Below, one piece after another: positions 27,411 to 37,214 of a DNA stretch of 64,000 nucleotides. Under the pieces are notes generated by a model that searched no databases, had not been told where the DNA came from, and saw only the letters and a program-made list of their open reading frames with translations. Origin of the DNA: Flavobacteriaceae bacterium (lineage in GTDB: Bacteria > Bacteroidota > Bacteroidia > Flavobacteriales > Flavobacteriaceae); assembly GCA_034367065.1 (NCBI GenBank), contig JAXMLV010000054.1:32541-96540 (forward strand), read 5' to 3'. How positions within the stretch are numbered: position 1 is the first letter of the stretch; every line of letters begins with the position of its first letter. The position numbers and the translations under genes were made by a program.

Positions 27411-28403
27411 TTAAACGAAATCTGCATTTACAAAAACATGGTTGATTTCATCCAAGATAGCAAAAACTTCAATTGATGTATCGGCGGTCACCAAACGTTG
27501 GCGATATTCTTTGAAGTGTGGTATTCCTTTGAAGTAGTTGGTATAGTGCCGGCGGGTTTCAAAAACACCTAAATGTTCACCTTTCCAACCGATGGACATT
27601 TCCAAATGGCGTTTGGCTACCCGCACGCGTTCTTCCATCGTTGGCGGTGCAAGGTGTTCGTCGGTGGCAAAATAATGTTTCACTTCTTTGAAAAACCAAG
27701 GATAGCCGATGCTCGCTCGACCAATCATCGCACCATCCAAACCAAAACTGTCGCGCATTTCCATCGCCTTTTCGGGCGTATCGACATCGCCGTTTCCGAA
27801 AATCGGTATGTGCATCCGCGGATTGCTTTTGACATCGGCGATGGGTTTCCAATTGGCTTCTCCTTTGTACATCTGCGCGCGGGTACGGCCGTGAATCGAA
27901 ATCGCTTGAACGCCGATATCCTGAAGGCGCTCAGCAACTTCTACAATCTTGATGGAGTCTTCATCCCAACCCAACCGGGTTTTGACAGTCACAGGTAAGT
28001 TTGTCCGTTTGACGATGGCTTCGGTAAGTTTTATCATCAAAGGAATGTCTTTCAATATGCCTGAGCCGGCTCCTTTGCAAACCACTTTTTTGACCGGACA
28101 GCCGTAGTTGATATCGATGATGTCCGGATTGGATTTTTCGACAATGTCCACGGCTTGCAACATTGAATCGAGTTCGGCCCCGAAAATTTGAATCCCCACG
28201 GGACGCTCTTTTTCATAAATGTCCAATTTCATGATGCTTTTAGCGGCATCACGAATCAAACCTTCGGAAGAAATAAACTCAGTATAGACCAAATCGGCTC
28301 CTTGTTCCTTGCAAAGCGCACGAAACGGCGGATCACTCACGTCTTCCATGGGTGCGAGTAATAAGGGGAAATCACCCAATTCGATGTTGCCGATTTTTAC
28401 CAA
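27411..28403 (-). CDS. dusB: tRNA-dihydrouridine synthase
   Basis: The 330-aa ORF has ...LAPMEDVSDPPFR..., ...INYGCP... and a TIM-barrel Dus signature. Confidence 0.9.
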   Translation of the reverse strand: MVKIGNIELGDFPLLLAPMEDVSDPPFRALCKEQGADLVYTEFISSEGLIRDAAKSIMKLDIYEKERPVGIQIFGAELDSMLQAVDIVEKSNPDIIDINYGCPVKKVVCKGAGSGILKDIPLMIKLTEAIVKRTNLPVTVKTRLGWDEDSIKIVEVAERLQDIGVQAISIHGRTRAQMYKGEANWKPIADVKSNPRMHIPIFGNGDVDTPEKAMEMRDSFGLDGAMIGRASIGYPWFFKEVKHYFATDEHLAPPTMEERVRVAKRHLEMSIGWKGEHLGVFETRRHYTNYFKGIPHFKEYRQRLVTADTSIEVFAILDEINHVFVNADFV

Positions 28404-28626
28404 AACACAGTTTTTTTAAATCTGATGGCAAAGGTAATGGAATTCAAGGAATTATCATTTATATTGACAAACCCCTGTTTTTCATTGGTTGATTAGCAAT
28501 TGACAAAAGGCAATTGATTGAATTGATTTCATTTCTATTTACAGGACAAAAGATCAAAAAGATCAGTATTTGCTTTTTGTCATTTTCTTCTTTCTTAGTT
28601 TATTGCCAATTGCCTTTTGAATAGTA

Positions 28627-29322
28627 TTACCCCTCAAAAAACGATTCCAATTCTTTCAGTGTTTCGGCTGAAGTTTGAATGTCTTTCACCACGACCCCTT
28701 TTTCCAAAACCACGATGCGGTTGGAAACCTCTACGGTGTGTTGCAAATCGTGGCTGGAAACCAAGATGGTTTTATCACCCGCAGCAGCAAGCTCTTTGAG
28801 TATGCGTTTTAGGCGGATTTGCGTGGTCGGATCTAAATTGGCAAAAGGTTCATCGAGAATAATCACCTCCGGATTGCCGATAAGTGCGGCTACAATGCCA
28901 ACTTTTTTCTGATTTCCTTTGGATAAATCGCGCAGGAATTTTTTGTTGTTGAGAATTTCTCCGTTAAAAAAATCTTGAAAACCAGTGATAAATGCGTCGA
29001 TATCGGCTTTGGATTGCCCACGCAATTCTCCGATAAAGTAGAAATATTCTTCGGCAGTCAGATAGCCGATGAGAAAGGTTTCATCGATGAATGCGGATGT
29101 GAATGGTTTCCACGCTTCGCTTTTGTTTACCTCAATGTCGTGGTTGAGAATCTGCCCGGTTGAGGGTTGAATCAGATCGAGCAACAAGCTGAAAAAAGTG
29201 GTTTTCCCTGCGCCGTTGTTACCAACCAATCCGAAGCTCTCACCTTTTGAAATGACGAGATTGTCAATCGATAAAACCGTATTTCCGCCGTAAACTTTTG
29301 AGAGATTTTTAACTTGTATCAT
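28627..29322 (-). CDS. ABC transporter ATP-binding protein
   Basis: Walker A (GNNGAGKTT), the signature motif (LSKGNQKK) and Walker B (VIILDEP) are present. Confidence 0.9.
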   Translation of the reverse strand: MIQVKNLSKVYGGNTVLSIDNLVISKGESFGLVGNNGAGKTTFFSLLLDLIQPSTGQILNHDIEVNKSEAWKPFTSAFIDETFLIGYLTAEEYFYFIGELRGQSKADIDAFITGFQDFFNGEILNNKKFLRDLSKGNQKKVGIVAALIGNPEVIILDEPFANLDPTTQIRLKRILKELAAAGDKTILVSSHDLQHTVEVSNRIVVLEKGVVVKDIQTSAETLKELESFFEG

Positions 29323-29384
29323 GTTCTTTATGTTTGACTATTTTTGAGAATTAAATTTGATGAAAACGCCTGCATATTGCAACG

Positions 29385-30845
29385 TCAATTTTTCTGTTTA
29401 TAGGCCGCAATGGTTTTGTATTTCTCAGTTTGATAGACTTTTTCAATGATTGAAAAGACTTTGTTTTTGAAAGCGAAACCCAACACCCCAGCCAACGCAA
29501 CAAACAAATAGCCCGCCATGGGGGTGATCAGATAATATCCTAAAGCGAAAAAAGCCAATGGCAACAGCAGTTTGGGGATGGTAAGCAAGGTGGTCTTGAG
29601 GTTGAATGCCTGTTTGTTTCCAAAAGCCTGTTTGGCTGAAGTCAGGTCGATAGGTTGTTTGATATACGCGCCACCCCAAAGCACCAAGTGCGCATTAACA
29701 CCAATGTTATAAATCGCCCCCACGACAACCGCGAGATAGGTTTTCCATCCGAAAAAAAGATAAAAGGATGCTAAAACCGTCGAAAGAATCGTGGCAATGA
29801 CCACCAACCACCATTTTGAGGAAATGTATTCGCGATACTGAATATTTTGGCTCATCATCAAAGGATAGTAGGAACTGTCCCAACTCGGCACGAATTGTCC
29901 GAAGGTGAAAAGAAAACCACCTGAAACAAAAATGCCTGCAAAAATTTCCATCGGACCATCATAGCGATCATTGGTGAAAAAAATTAATCCGTAGAACAAG
30001 AACACTGCGCTGAGCAAAAGCGTGGTTTTGGAGCGCTTGTTACGCAATATCAAACGCAAATCGTTTTTGAGAAAAGTACTCATCGAGCCGAAACGGTTCA
30101 GCCAAGTGTAGTCTTGCGTGCGCGCGGTTTGTTGTTTGACCGATAAGCCTGCGTCTAAAAACATGTTGGCACGGAAATAGTTGGATGCCAAATAATAAGA
30201 TAGCAACAAAACCAAAAGCGCAATCAGTGAAAAATAGGAATGAAACAAACCATCGAAAAACACAGCAGTATATTGTGTGATATCGAAAAAATCGTAATAG
30301 TGAAGTCCTGCTAAAACAACAAGAATCGACCCGATAAGAAAAGCTACCGAATCTTTGCTCCCCGCTAAAATATTTAAAAAATTAGCCGTAAAAATGAGTG
30401 CCATGATGCCCAAATGCCACTGAATCACACCCCAAGTGTCATAGCCTTCGACGAGCATCACCACCGAAAAAGGAATAAAGAAAAACGCGTGTATCAAATT
30501 AAAACCTGACAGTGCTGTCTTCCCCAAAGAAAAATGCACAACAGTCGATTTTTTTAGGTTGAGATATAACAAGGGCTTGATGTTAACCACCGGAATATTT
30601 TGCATCATGTAACGGAAAACCAAATCCACGGCTAAGTAGTAAATCAAAAACCGATTGACCGTTGCCAAAGGCTCTAAGTGTGCTTCCTTTTTAAGTCCGT
30701 AAAATATTCCGATCCCGACAAAAGCAAAGACAGCGGCGAAGTACAAAAATCCGAGCGCCATCAAAATCTTCAAGGCAATGTTTGTTTTAAAAGAAGCCGA
30801 TCGGATAAAAGACTTCCATTCGAGTGTGAGAAAATGTTTGATCAT
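29385..30845 (-). CDS. Polytopic membrane protein, likely the permease partner of the ABC ATPase (DUF5687-like as I recall)
   Basis: The 486-aa ORF has about 10-12 hydrophobic segments. It lies on the same strand, 62 nt upstream of the ATPase gene. Confidence 0.5.
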   Translation of the reverse strand: MIKHFLTLEWKSFIRSASFKTNIALKILMALGFLYFAAVFAFVGIGIFYGLKKEAHLEPLATVNRFLIYYLAVDLVFRYMMQNIPVVNIKPLLYLNLKKSTVVHFSLGKTALSGFNLIHAFFFIPFSVVMLVEGYDTWGVIQWHLGIMALIFTANFLNILAGSKDSVAFLIGSILVVLAGLHYYDFFDITQYTAVFFDGLFHSYFSLIALLVLLLSYYLASNYFRANMFLDAGLSVKQQTARTQDYTWLNRFGSMSTFLKNDLRLILRNKRSKTTLLLSAVFLFYGLIFFTNDRYDGPMEIFAGIFVSGGFLFTFGQFVPSWDSSYYPLMMSQNIQYREYISSKWWLVVIATILSTVLASFYLFFGWKTYLAVVVGAIYNIGVNAHLVLWGGAYIKQPIDLTSAKQAFGNKQAFNLKTTLLTIPKLLLPLAFFALGYYLITPMAGYLFVALAGVLGFAFKNKVFSIIEKVYQTEKYKTIAAYKQKN

Positions 30846-30890
30846 GCACTTAGTTTTTTCGTGAGATTGGTATTTGGGAAGCTGTTTTTG

Positions 30891-31598
30891 TTACAAAATT
30901 TTAAATTGATTGACATATCCGGGATAAATTTCGGAAAGATAGGCATCGATTTTATTAGGTAATACAAAAAATGAAATGTATCCGATAAGTAAGGTTGTTG
31001 TCAATAAAAATGAGAAAATCCAAGCTTGCGAATTGGGTTTAAAATTAAATTCAAATAAATTGAAGATTTGAAATATTAGTATTGAAAATTGTGAGAATGT
31101 GGAAGTCGAAAAAGAGATTTCCTGCAACATGTATTTTTTTTTGCCTAAGCTAAAATCTTTCTCAAATTTAAGCTTATTTTTAAATGTCAAATAAAAACCT
31201 ATGAAGGCAGGCAGTAAAAAGATTGACAACATAATTTGATATTGGTAGGTTTCCTCCAAAAATTCAAACAATAAAAAAAACAAGCATGCCAAAAATAGGG
31301 TGAAAATTATTTTAGGAAGCCCAAAGTATTCCTTCAAAAAAACCCAAAGCATGCTGTAATACTTTTTTTCAAGTATCTTTTGTCGTTTAACAATCAAATC
31401 GGCAAACCCAAAAACGCCAAATTTATTAAAACTAAGATTTAATGCTTTTTCAAAAGGTATCTCCGGATTTTTTACCCATCCGCTTTCGATGTCATTCGCC
31501 AAATGATCGACCAATTCGGTCTGTAAATCATACCATTCCACATAATGTTTTCGTGTGAAAATATATAATTCCTGTATTTGATTTTCGGAGAGTTTCAT
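30891..31598 (-). CDS. Membrane protein with an N-terminal soluble helical domain, function unknown
   Basis: The 235-aa ORF has a polar N-terminus of about 80 aa followed by several TM segments. It sits immediately downstream of the PadR gene. Confidence 0.5.
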   Translation of the reverse strand: MKLSENQIQELYIFTRKHYVEWYDLQTELVDHLANDIESGWVKNPEIPFEKALNLSFNKFGVFGFADLIVKRQKILEKKYYSMLWVFLKEYFGLPKIIFTLFLACLFFLLFEFLEETYQYQIMLSIFLLPAFIGFYLTFKNKLKFEKDFSLGKKKYMLQEISFSTSTFSQFSILIFQIFNLFEFNFKPNSQAWIFSFLLTTTLLIGYISFFVLPNKIDAYLSEIYPGYVNQFKIL

Positions 31599-31626
31599 AC
31601 CTCATAAAATATTAATTGACAATTCT

Positions 31627-31962
31627 TTAAAAACTCCATTTCGGGTTGATCAAGGTTTGCATGGTTTGGACAAATAGATTCATTTCTTGCATTTTGACGA
31701 TGGTTTCCTTCTGTCCGCTTTCTGTAAGTTTATAATATTTTCGAACGCGGTTATCCACTTGTTCCAACTCCGAATCGAGCAAGCCGTCAGCTTCCAATTT
31801 GTGCAAGGCCGGATACAACGCACCCTCCGTGATTTGCAATTTTCCTTCCGTAAGTTCTTTTACTTTTTGGGTAATTTCGTAGCCATACATCTTGCCGTTT
31901 TCTTCCAGCAATTTAAGAATTATCGTCGTCAAGCTTCCTTTGAATAAATTCTTGCTTTTCAT
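31627..31962 (-). CDS. PadR family transcriptional regulator
   Basis: It has a winged-helix PadR signature (...GYEITQKVKELTEGKLQITEGALYPALHKLEADGLL...). The start is set at MKSKNLFKG. Confidence 0.85.
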   Translation of the reverse strand: MKSKNLFKGSLTTIILKLLEENGKMYGYEITQKVKELTEGKLQITEGALYPALHKLEADGLLDSELEQVDNRVRKYYKLTESGQKETIVKMQEMNLFVQTMQTLINPKWSF

Positions 31963-32107
31963 CTTTTTTTTAATTCGACCAACCTTTTCGGGATTTGAAA
32001 CCACGAAAGGGTTAAGTTTTCATTTTCAAAATTAATAAATTTTTACATGCATAACAATCTTATGTATTATTTTTTAATGGCTTTAAAAAAAATAAATAAA
32101 AATCTCC

Positions 32108-32923
32108 CTACTTTTTCTCAATCCCTTTTCCCGTTGCGGCATAGTAAATCCCGCCGTACAAATGGTCTAAAAACCACTGGTTTTCATAGACCTTTTCGAT
32201 ATGGCCTAAAGCGGTGTAGAAGGCTCGGCCACCATCGAACTCGTGGTACCATGAGATAGGATGCAGTTTGCCCATGCCTTTGCCGAGTCGATCCACTAAA
32301 TTCCCGTTTGCATCCAAATCTCTTTTTTCCCAGGTTACCACAGGGTCATAAGAATTCTCGTCAACCGCAATCAAATTATGCAAACCTGACACTTTATCTT
32401 CCCCAAATTCATACCACTCATCTGTCCACAACAATGCATTTGGGAAATGCTCCAAACCGGGAAAATTGTGGTCTAATATTTTCAGTTTGGCCGTTTGTTG
32501 CGCTGGGTGAATGTGAAACATTCTACCGACCAATTTCGTGTACCATACCCAATCGTATTCGGTATCCGAAGCGGCGTGAACGCCAACGTATCCCTTGCCC
32601 GATTGAATGTATTTTTCAAAGGCTGCTTGTTCATCGTCTTCAAAAATATCGGCGGTTGTACTCAAAAAAATAACTACATCAAAGTTTTTTAACCAATCTT
32701 CCGTAATCTTGATGGCTTGTTGTTGACGCACCACTTCAAAGTTGTGTGTGGCCGCCAAATTTTGGATGGCTACAATCCCGTTGTCAATCGATTCGTGGTG
32801 CCAACCGGCAGTTTCGGTAATGAGTAGCGCTTTGAATTGTTTTTGCGCAATTGTTTGTTTGGAAAGCAACAGCAAAAAAGCGAAAAAAAAGGCAACCTTT
32901 AAGGGTGTTTCTGGGAATGACAT
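32108..32923 (-). CDS. ThuA domain-containing protein (secreted)
   Basis: It has a signal peptide and ThuA-like blocks (...GYVGVHAASDT..., ...HPISWYHEFDGGRAFYTALGH...). Confidence 0.7.
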   Translation of the reverse strand: MSFPETPLKVAFFFAFLLLLSKQTIAQKQFKALLITETAGWHHESIDNGIVAIQNLAATHNFEVVRQQQAIKITEDWLKNFDVVIFLSTTADIFEDDEQAAFEKYIQSGKGYVGVHAASDTEYDWVWYTKLVGRMFHIHPAQQTAKLKILDHNFPGLEHFPNALLWTDEWYEFGEDKVSGLHNLIAVDENSYDPVVTWEKRDLDANGNLVDRLGKGMGKLHPISWYHEFDGGRAFYTALGHIEKVYENQWFLDHLYGGIYYAATGKGIEKK

Positions 32924-33343
32924 GGAGTTAAATTTGAAAGGTTAATACTTTCAAATGTAGAATTTTATTTTTTAATTTGATTTCGATTATTTTATAAAGG
33001 ATACAAAAATTGCTTTCATCCTAATCCCGAATTGAGAGAGAGTTCCTGAGTCATGCCCGACAAAACAATATAATCTACGTTCCGTTATTTGTAACACAAA
33101 TAAAATTTGTCATACCCCCATTTTTCTCGCTCAGCCAAAAAAGGATTAAGTTTTCGATGGTTTTTTAGCAGAAATATTTTCTTAGACAAAATAGCTTCAA
33201 AAGATTAGACTTTATTTTTTATGAAATTCAAAAAAATTACGTATAGTTCATTTATGTTTTAAAAAATAGGGGTATATACTTTAAAATATTCGCAAAAATC
33301 ACAATCACCCCGTATTATTTTGTGGGTTCGTGAACGTTTTGTG

Positions 33344-33351
33344 TATTTTTG
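33344..33351 (+). promoter_or_regulatory. Bacteroidota -7 promoter element for amt
   Basis: TATTTTTG lies 22 nt upstream of ATG 33374. Confidence 0.45.
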
Positions 33352-33373
33352 CAAAAATTTAATGCTAAATATA

Positions 33374-34684
33374 ATGCGGAAAATTATTTTAAGCGTGATT
33401 CTAATCACAATTTTGGTATTTACTCTTTTATCCAGTTTTATATTGATTACGCCTGTTCCTTCCGAGGTTGCAAATTTTGATTCCGGAGATACTGCCTGGA
33501 TGATTGTAGCTACTGCACTTGTGTTGATTATGACACCCGGTTTAGGATTTTTTTATGGCGGAATGGTCGGTAAAAAAAACGTCATCAGCACCATGCTTCA
33601 AAGTTTTATGGCGATGGTAATAGTCACCATTTTATGGGTAATTATCGGATATGGTTTGTCATTTGGCCCTTCGATAGGCGGCATTATTGGAAATCCGCTT
33701 CCGAATTTGTTTTTTCAAGGTGTAAAAACCAATTCGGCATGGAGTCTGGCACCAACAATTCCATTGCTTTTATTTGCTTTGTTTCAGGCAAAATTTGCCA
33801 TCATAACGCCTGCATTGATTACGGGTGCATTTGCTGAACGCATTCGTTTTTGGGCTTATTTGCTGTTTATGGTATTCTTCATTCTATTGGTTTATGCACC
33901 ATTATGCCACATGACTTGGCATCCGGAAGGATTTTTCTTTAAAATGGGTGTGTTGGATTTTGCTGGCGGAACAGTCGTACACATGAGTGCAGGATGGGCA
34001 GCATTGGCTGGCGCAATGTTTTTGGGAAAAAGAAAAGTTCAAAAAGTAAACCCGGCTCGTATTACGTATGTTTTGTTAGGAACCGGCTTGTTGTGGTTTG
34101 GTTGGTTTGGTTTTAATGCGGGTTCCGCTATGGGCGCAAACAGTCTTGCCGTTCAAGCATTGGCCACAACGACTACTGCCGCAGCTGCAGCTGCGATGGC
34201 TTGGGTGTTTTTTGATAAAATTTTGGGACACAAACTCTCTGCGATGGGAGCTTGTATCGGAGCGGTCGTAGGACTGGTCGCCATTACACCAGCCGCGGGT
34301 TTTGTGAGTATTCCACATTCTATTTTTATAGGAATTGCCGCCAGTATAATCAGCAATTTAATGGTGAGTAATTTTCCAAAGAGCAAAATTGACGATGCCT
34401 TGGATGTCTTTGCTTGTCACGGTGTTGGTGGCATGACAGGCATGTTGTTGACAGGTGTTTTTGCCTCTTCCGCAATAAATCCGGCGGTTACAGATCAGGG
34501 GCTCATTTTTGGCGAAACCACTTTGTTTGTTCATCAATTAATCGCTTTGGTCATTGTTTCGGCTTTTGCCTTTTCTGCTTCTTATTTTTTGTTTTTTATT
34601 GTTAATAAAATCACACCGTTGAGGGTAAGCGAAGACAAAGAGGAATTGGGATTGGATATTTCTCAACACGGAGAGTTTTTGTAA
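33374..34684 (+). CDS. amt: Ammonium transporter
   Basis: Amt/MEP signature blocks are present (...DFAGGTVVHMSAGWAALAGA..., ...WFGWFGFNAGS...). The start is set at MRKIILSV; ATG 33362 is an alternative. Confidence 0.9.
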   Translation: MRKIILSVILITILVFTLLSSFILITPVPSEVANFDSGDTAWMIVATALVLIMTPGLGFFYGGMVGKKNVISTMLQSFMAMVIVTILWVIIGYGLSFGPSIGGIIGNPLPNLFFQGVKTNSAWSLAPTIPLLLFALFQAKFAIITPALITGAFAERIRFWAYLLFMVFFILLVYAPLCHMTWHPEGFFFKMGVLDFAGGTVVHMSAGWAALAGAMFLGKRKVQKVNPARITYVLLGTGLLWFGWFGFNAGSAMGANSLAVQALATTTTAAAAAAMAWVFFDKILGHKLSAMGACIGAVVGLVAITPAAGFVSIPHSIFIGIAASIISNLMVSNFPKSKIDDALDVFACHGVGGMTGMLLTGVFASSAINPAVTDQGLIFGETTLFVHQLIALVIVSAFAFSASYFLFFIVNKITPLRVSEDKEELGLDISQHGEFL

Positions 34685-34826
34685 TAAATCATTTAACCTG
34701 ATTTTTGCCAAAACATTGTGTTAAGGTTTCCAAATAATTTTTGATTCATCGTGCAATGTGTATATTTACAATGATTTTGGTTTTTGTACAAAATCGAATA
34801 AAATGAAAAGGTAAATATATTTCCGC

Positions 34827-35765
34827 TTGAAAGAATTTCATTCGATAGACAGTTTTCGCACCGACAAACCCACCGTGGTAACCATCGGAACCTTTGACGG
34901 GGTACATTTAGGTCATAAAAAAATCATCGAAAGACTGGTCACGCAGGCTAATATTTCTGATTATGAGTCGGTTGTGCTTACATTTTTTCCACACCCACGG
35001 ATGGTGATTCAAGAAAATTCAGACATCAAATTGCTGAATACGCTTTCTGAACGTTCGCAAGTTCTCCAAAAAACAGGTTTAGACAGCTTGATTATTCATC
35101 CGTTCACCAAGGAGTTTTCAAGACTGACGGCTGAAGAATTTGTCGAACAAGTTTTGGTAAAAGCCATGCATACCAAACACATCATCATCGGACACGACCA
35201 TCGATTTGGCAGAAATCGAACGGCGGATATCACACATTTACGAAGTTTCGGAGCGTACTATGGATTTGATGTTTCAGAAATTACGGCGCAAGAAATCAAT
35301 CATGTAGCCATCAGTTCGACCAAAATAAGAAATGCGCTTGCCGAAGGAAAAACAGATATCGCCAATGATTATTTGGGTTATGATTATATGCTGACCGGAA
35401 CCATCGTGCGAGGGAATGGCATCGGAAAAACCATCGGTTATCCGACGGCGAATATTCACATTGCTGAAGAATACAAGTTGATTCCAAAATCAGGGTCGTA
35501 TATCATCAGTAGCTACTTAAATGGAGGGAAAGTTTTTGGCATGATGAATATCGGGAAAAACCCGACGGTCAATGGTCATAATCAAACCATTGAAGTTCAT
35601 TTCTTTGACATCGATCAAGACTTATATGGGCAAGAAGTTCAAATTTCCCTTTTGTCTTACCTGAGAGATGAAAAAAAATTTCCAACGGTAGAAATTCTCA
35701 AAAATCAACTACAACAAGACAAGCAAAACAGCCTCCAATTCATAGCAGCCCAAAATGTTCGATAG
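34827..35765 (+). CDS. ribF: Bifunctional riboflavin kinase / FAD synthetase
   Basis: GTFDGVHLGH lies at the N-terminus, followed by a C-terminal riboflavin kinase domain. The start codon is TTG. Confidence 0.9.
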   Translation: MKEFHSIDSFRTDKPTVVTIGTFDGVHLGHKKIIERLVTQANISDYESVVLTFFPHPRMVIQENSDIKLLNTLSERSQVLQKTGLDSLIIHPFTKEFSRLTAEEFVEQVLVKAMHTKHIIIGHDHRFGRNRTADITHLRSFGAYYGFDVSEITAQEINHVAISSTKIRNALAEGKTDIANDYLGYDYMLTGTIVRGNGIGKTIGYPTANIHIAEEYKLIPKSGSYIISSYLNGGKVFGMMNIGKNPTVNGHNQTIEVHFFDIDQDLYGQEVQISLLSYLRDEKKFPTVEILKNQLQQDKQNSLQFIAAQNVR

Positions 35766-37074
35766 ATTTTTATTCAAGCAAATAGACAACTCGCCGTTGA
35801 TCGTTTTTCGAATCATCTTCGGCTTGTTGATTTTCTTGGAATCTGTAGGCGCGATTTTTACGGGTTGGATAACCAAAGCTTTAATAGAACCCAAATTCAC
35901 TTTCACATTTATCGGTTTTGAATGGCTGCAACCGCTTCCCGGTTACGGCATGTATGTTTATTATGCCGTAATGGGTGTTTTTGGATTGATGGTGATGTTG
36001 GGTTATCGATACCGAATGGCGATTATCTCTTTTACCGCAATGTGGATTTCGGTCTATCTGATGCAAAAAACCTATTACAACAATCACTATTACTTTTTGA
36101 TTTTGTTGTCTTTGATGATGATTTTCTTACCGGCTCACAAACAATATTCATTAGATGCCAGAAGGAATCCTGATCTCAAATCTGATAAAATGTCGCGGTG
36201 GTGTGCGTGGATTATCATCTTGCAAGTTTGGATTGTTTATACCTATGCGGCCGTTGCAAAATTGTATCCCGATTGGTTGGACGGGACGGTGGTGTCGGAA
36301 TTTATGTCGCGCCGCGCCGATTACCCGATTATCGGTGATTTTCTGCAACAAGAATGGGTGCATTTTGTCATCATCTATTTCGGCATTTTTTTCGATTTGC
36401 TCATCGTACCCTTGTTGCTTTTTAAAAAAACACGTCGGTTCGCTTTCGGAATTTCCATTTTCTTCCATCTTTTTAATTCCATAGTTTTTCAGGTCGGGAT
36501 TTTCCCCTATTTGTCTTTGGCATTCACTTTGTTTTTCTTTGAGCCGAAAACCATCGCAGGCATTTTTCTCAAAAAGAAAAACATTTATACCGAAAACGAA
36601 ATCAGCATACCCGAAAACGGCAAATGGATTCGCACTGTTTTAATTATTTATTTTCTGATTCAAATCGGGTTACCGCTTCGACATTGGTTTATTCCCGGCG
36701 ATGTACTGCTTACGGAAGAAGGCCATCGGATGAGTTGGCGGATGATGTTGCGCACCAAAAAAGGCACCATTCAATACAAAGTTTTAAATAAGAAAACAGG
36801 CACGTTGATTTTTATCAATCCGTCTGATTCATTGACAGCAAAGCAAGCATCAACCTTGCCCACCAAACCCGATTTTATCTGGCAGTTTGCCCAGCGCATC
36901 AAAAAATCGCATCAAGAAAAAGGAGAAGATGTATCGGTTTTTGCCGTCGGAAGTGTGAGTATCAACAACAAACCGTATGTGACACTCATCAATCCGGATG
37001 CAGATTTGGCCTCCGAAAAATGGCATTTTTTTAAGCATAATCCGTGGATTGTTATATTGAATCGGGCGGATTAG
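35755..37074 (+). CDS. HTTM domain-containing membrane protein (vitamin K-dependent gamma-carboxylase-like)
   Basis: It has an N-terminal ...NSPLIVFRIIFGLLIFLES... and multi-TM topology typical of HTTM. It overlaps the ribF 3' end by 11 nt. Confidence 0.65.
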   Translation: MFDRFLFKQIDNSPLIVFRIIFGLLIFLESVGAIFTGWITKALIEPKFTFTFIGFEWLQPLPGYGMYVYYAVMGVFGLMVMLGYRYRMAIISFTAMWISVYLMQKTYYNNHYYFLILLSLMMIFLPAHKQYSLDARRNPDLKSDKMSRWCAWIIILQVWIVYTYAAVAKLYPDWLDGTVVSEFMSRRADYPIIGDFLQQEWVHFVIIYFGIFFDLLIVPLLLFKKTRRFAFGISIFFHLFNSIVFQVGIFPYLSLAFTLFFFEPKTIAGIFLKKKNIYTENEISIPENGKWIRTVLIIYFLIQIGLPLRHWFIPGDVLLTEEGHRMSWRMMLRTKKGTIQYKVLNKKTGTLIFINPSDSLTAKQASTLPTKPDFIWQFAQRIKKSHQEKGEDVSVFAVGSVSINNKPYVTLINPDADLASEKWHFFKHNPWIVILNRAD

Positions 37075-37149
37075 CACTTTAAAAATGTTAAAAAACCGTC
37101 ATACAGCACTTTAATCGGTTTAATAAAGTTTTTTAATAAAAATTTAACT

Positions 37150-37157
37150 TATTTTTG
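37150..37157 (+). promoter_or_regulatory. Bacteroidota -7 promoter element
   Basis: TATTTTTG lies 57 nt upstream of ATG 37215. Confidence 0.4.
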
Positions 37158-37214
37158 TATCGGACTGTTTGAATAATACAACCATTTAAGTTTTGCCCTG
37201 AACGTGAGAAATCT

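Noticed and set aside
34685-34826. Looked for an FMN riboswitch upstream of ribF and in the pdxA-ribE spacer (17726-17788)
   Set aside because: The spacers are short and I could not recognise the conserved FMN-element helices. A covariance-model scan would settle it.
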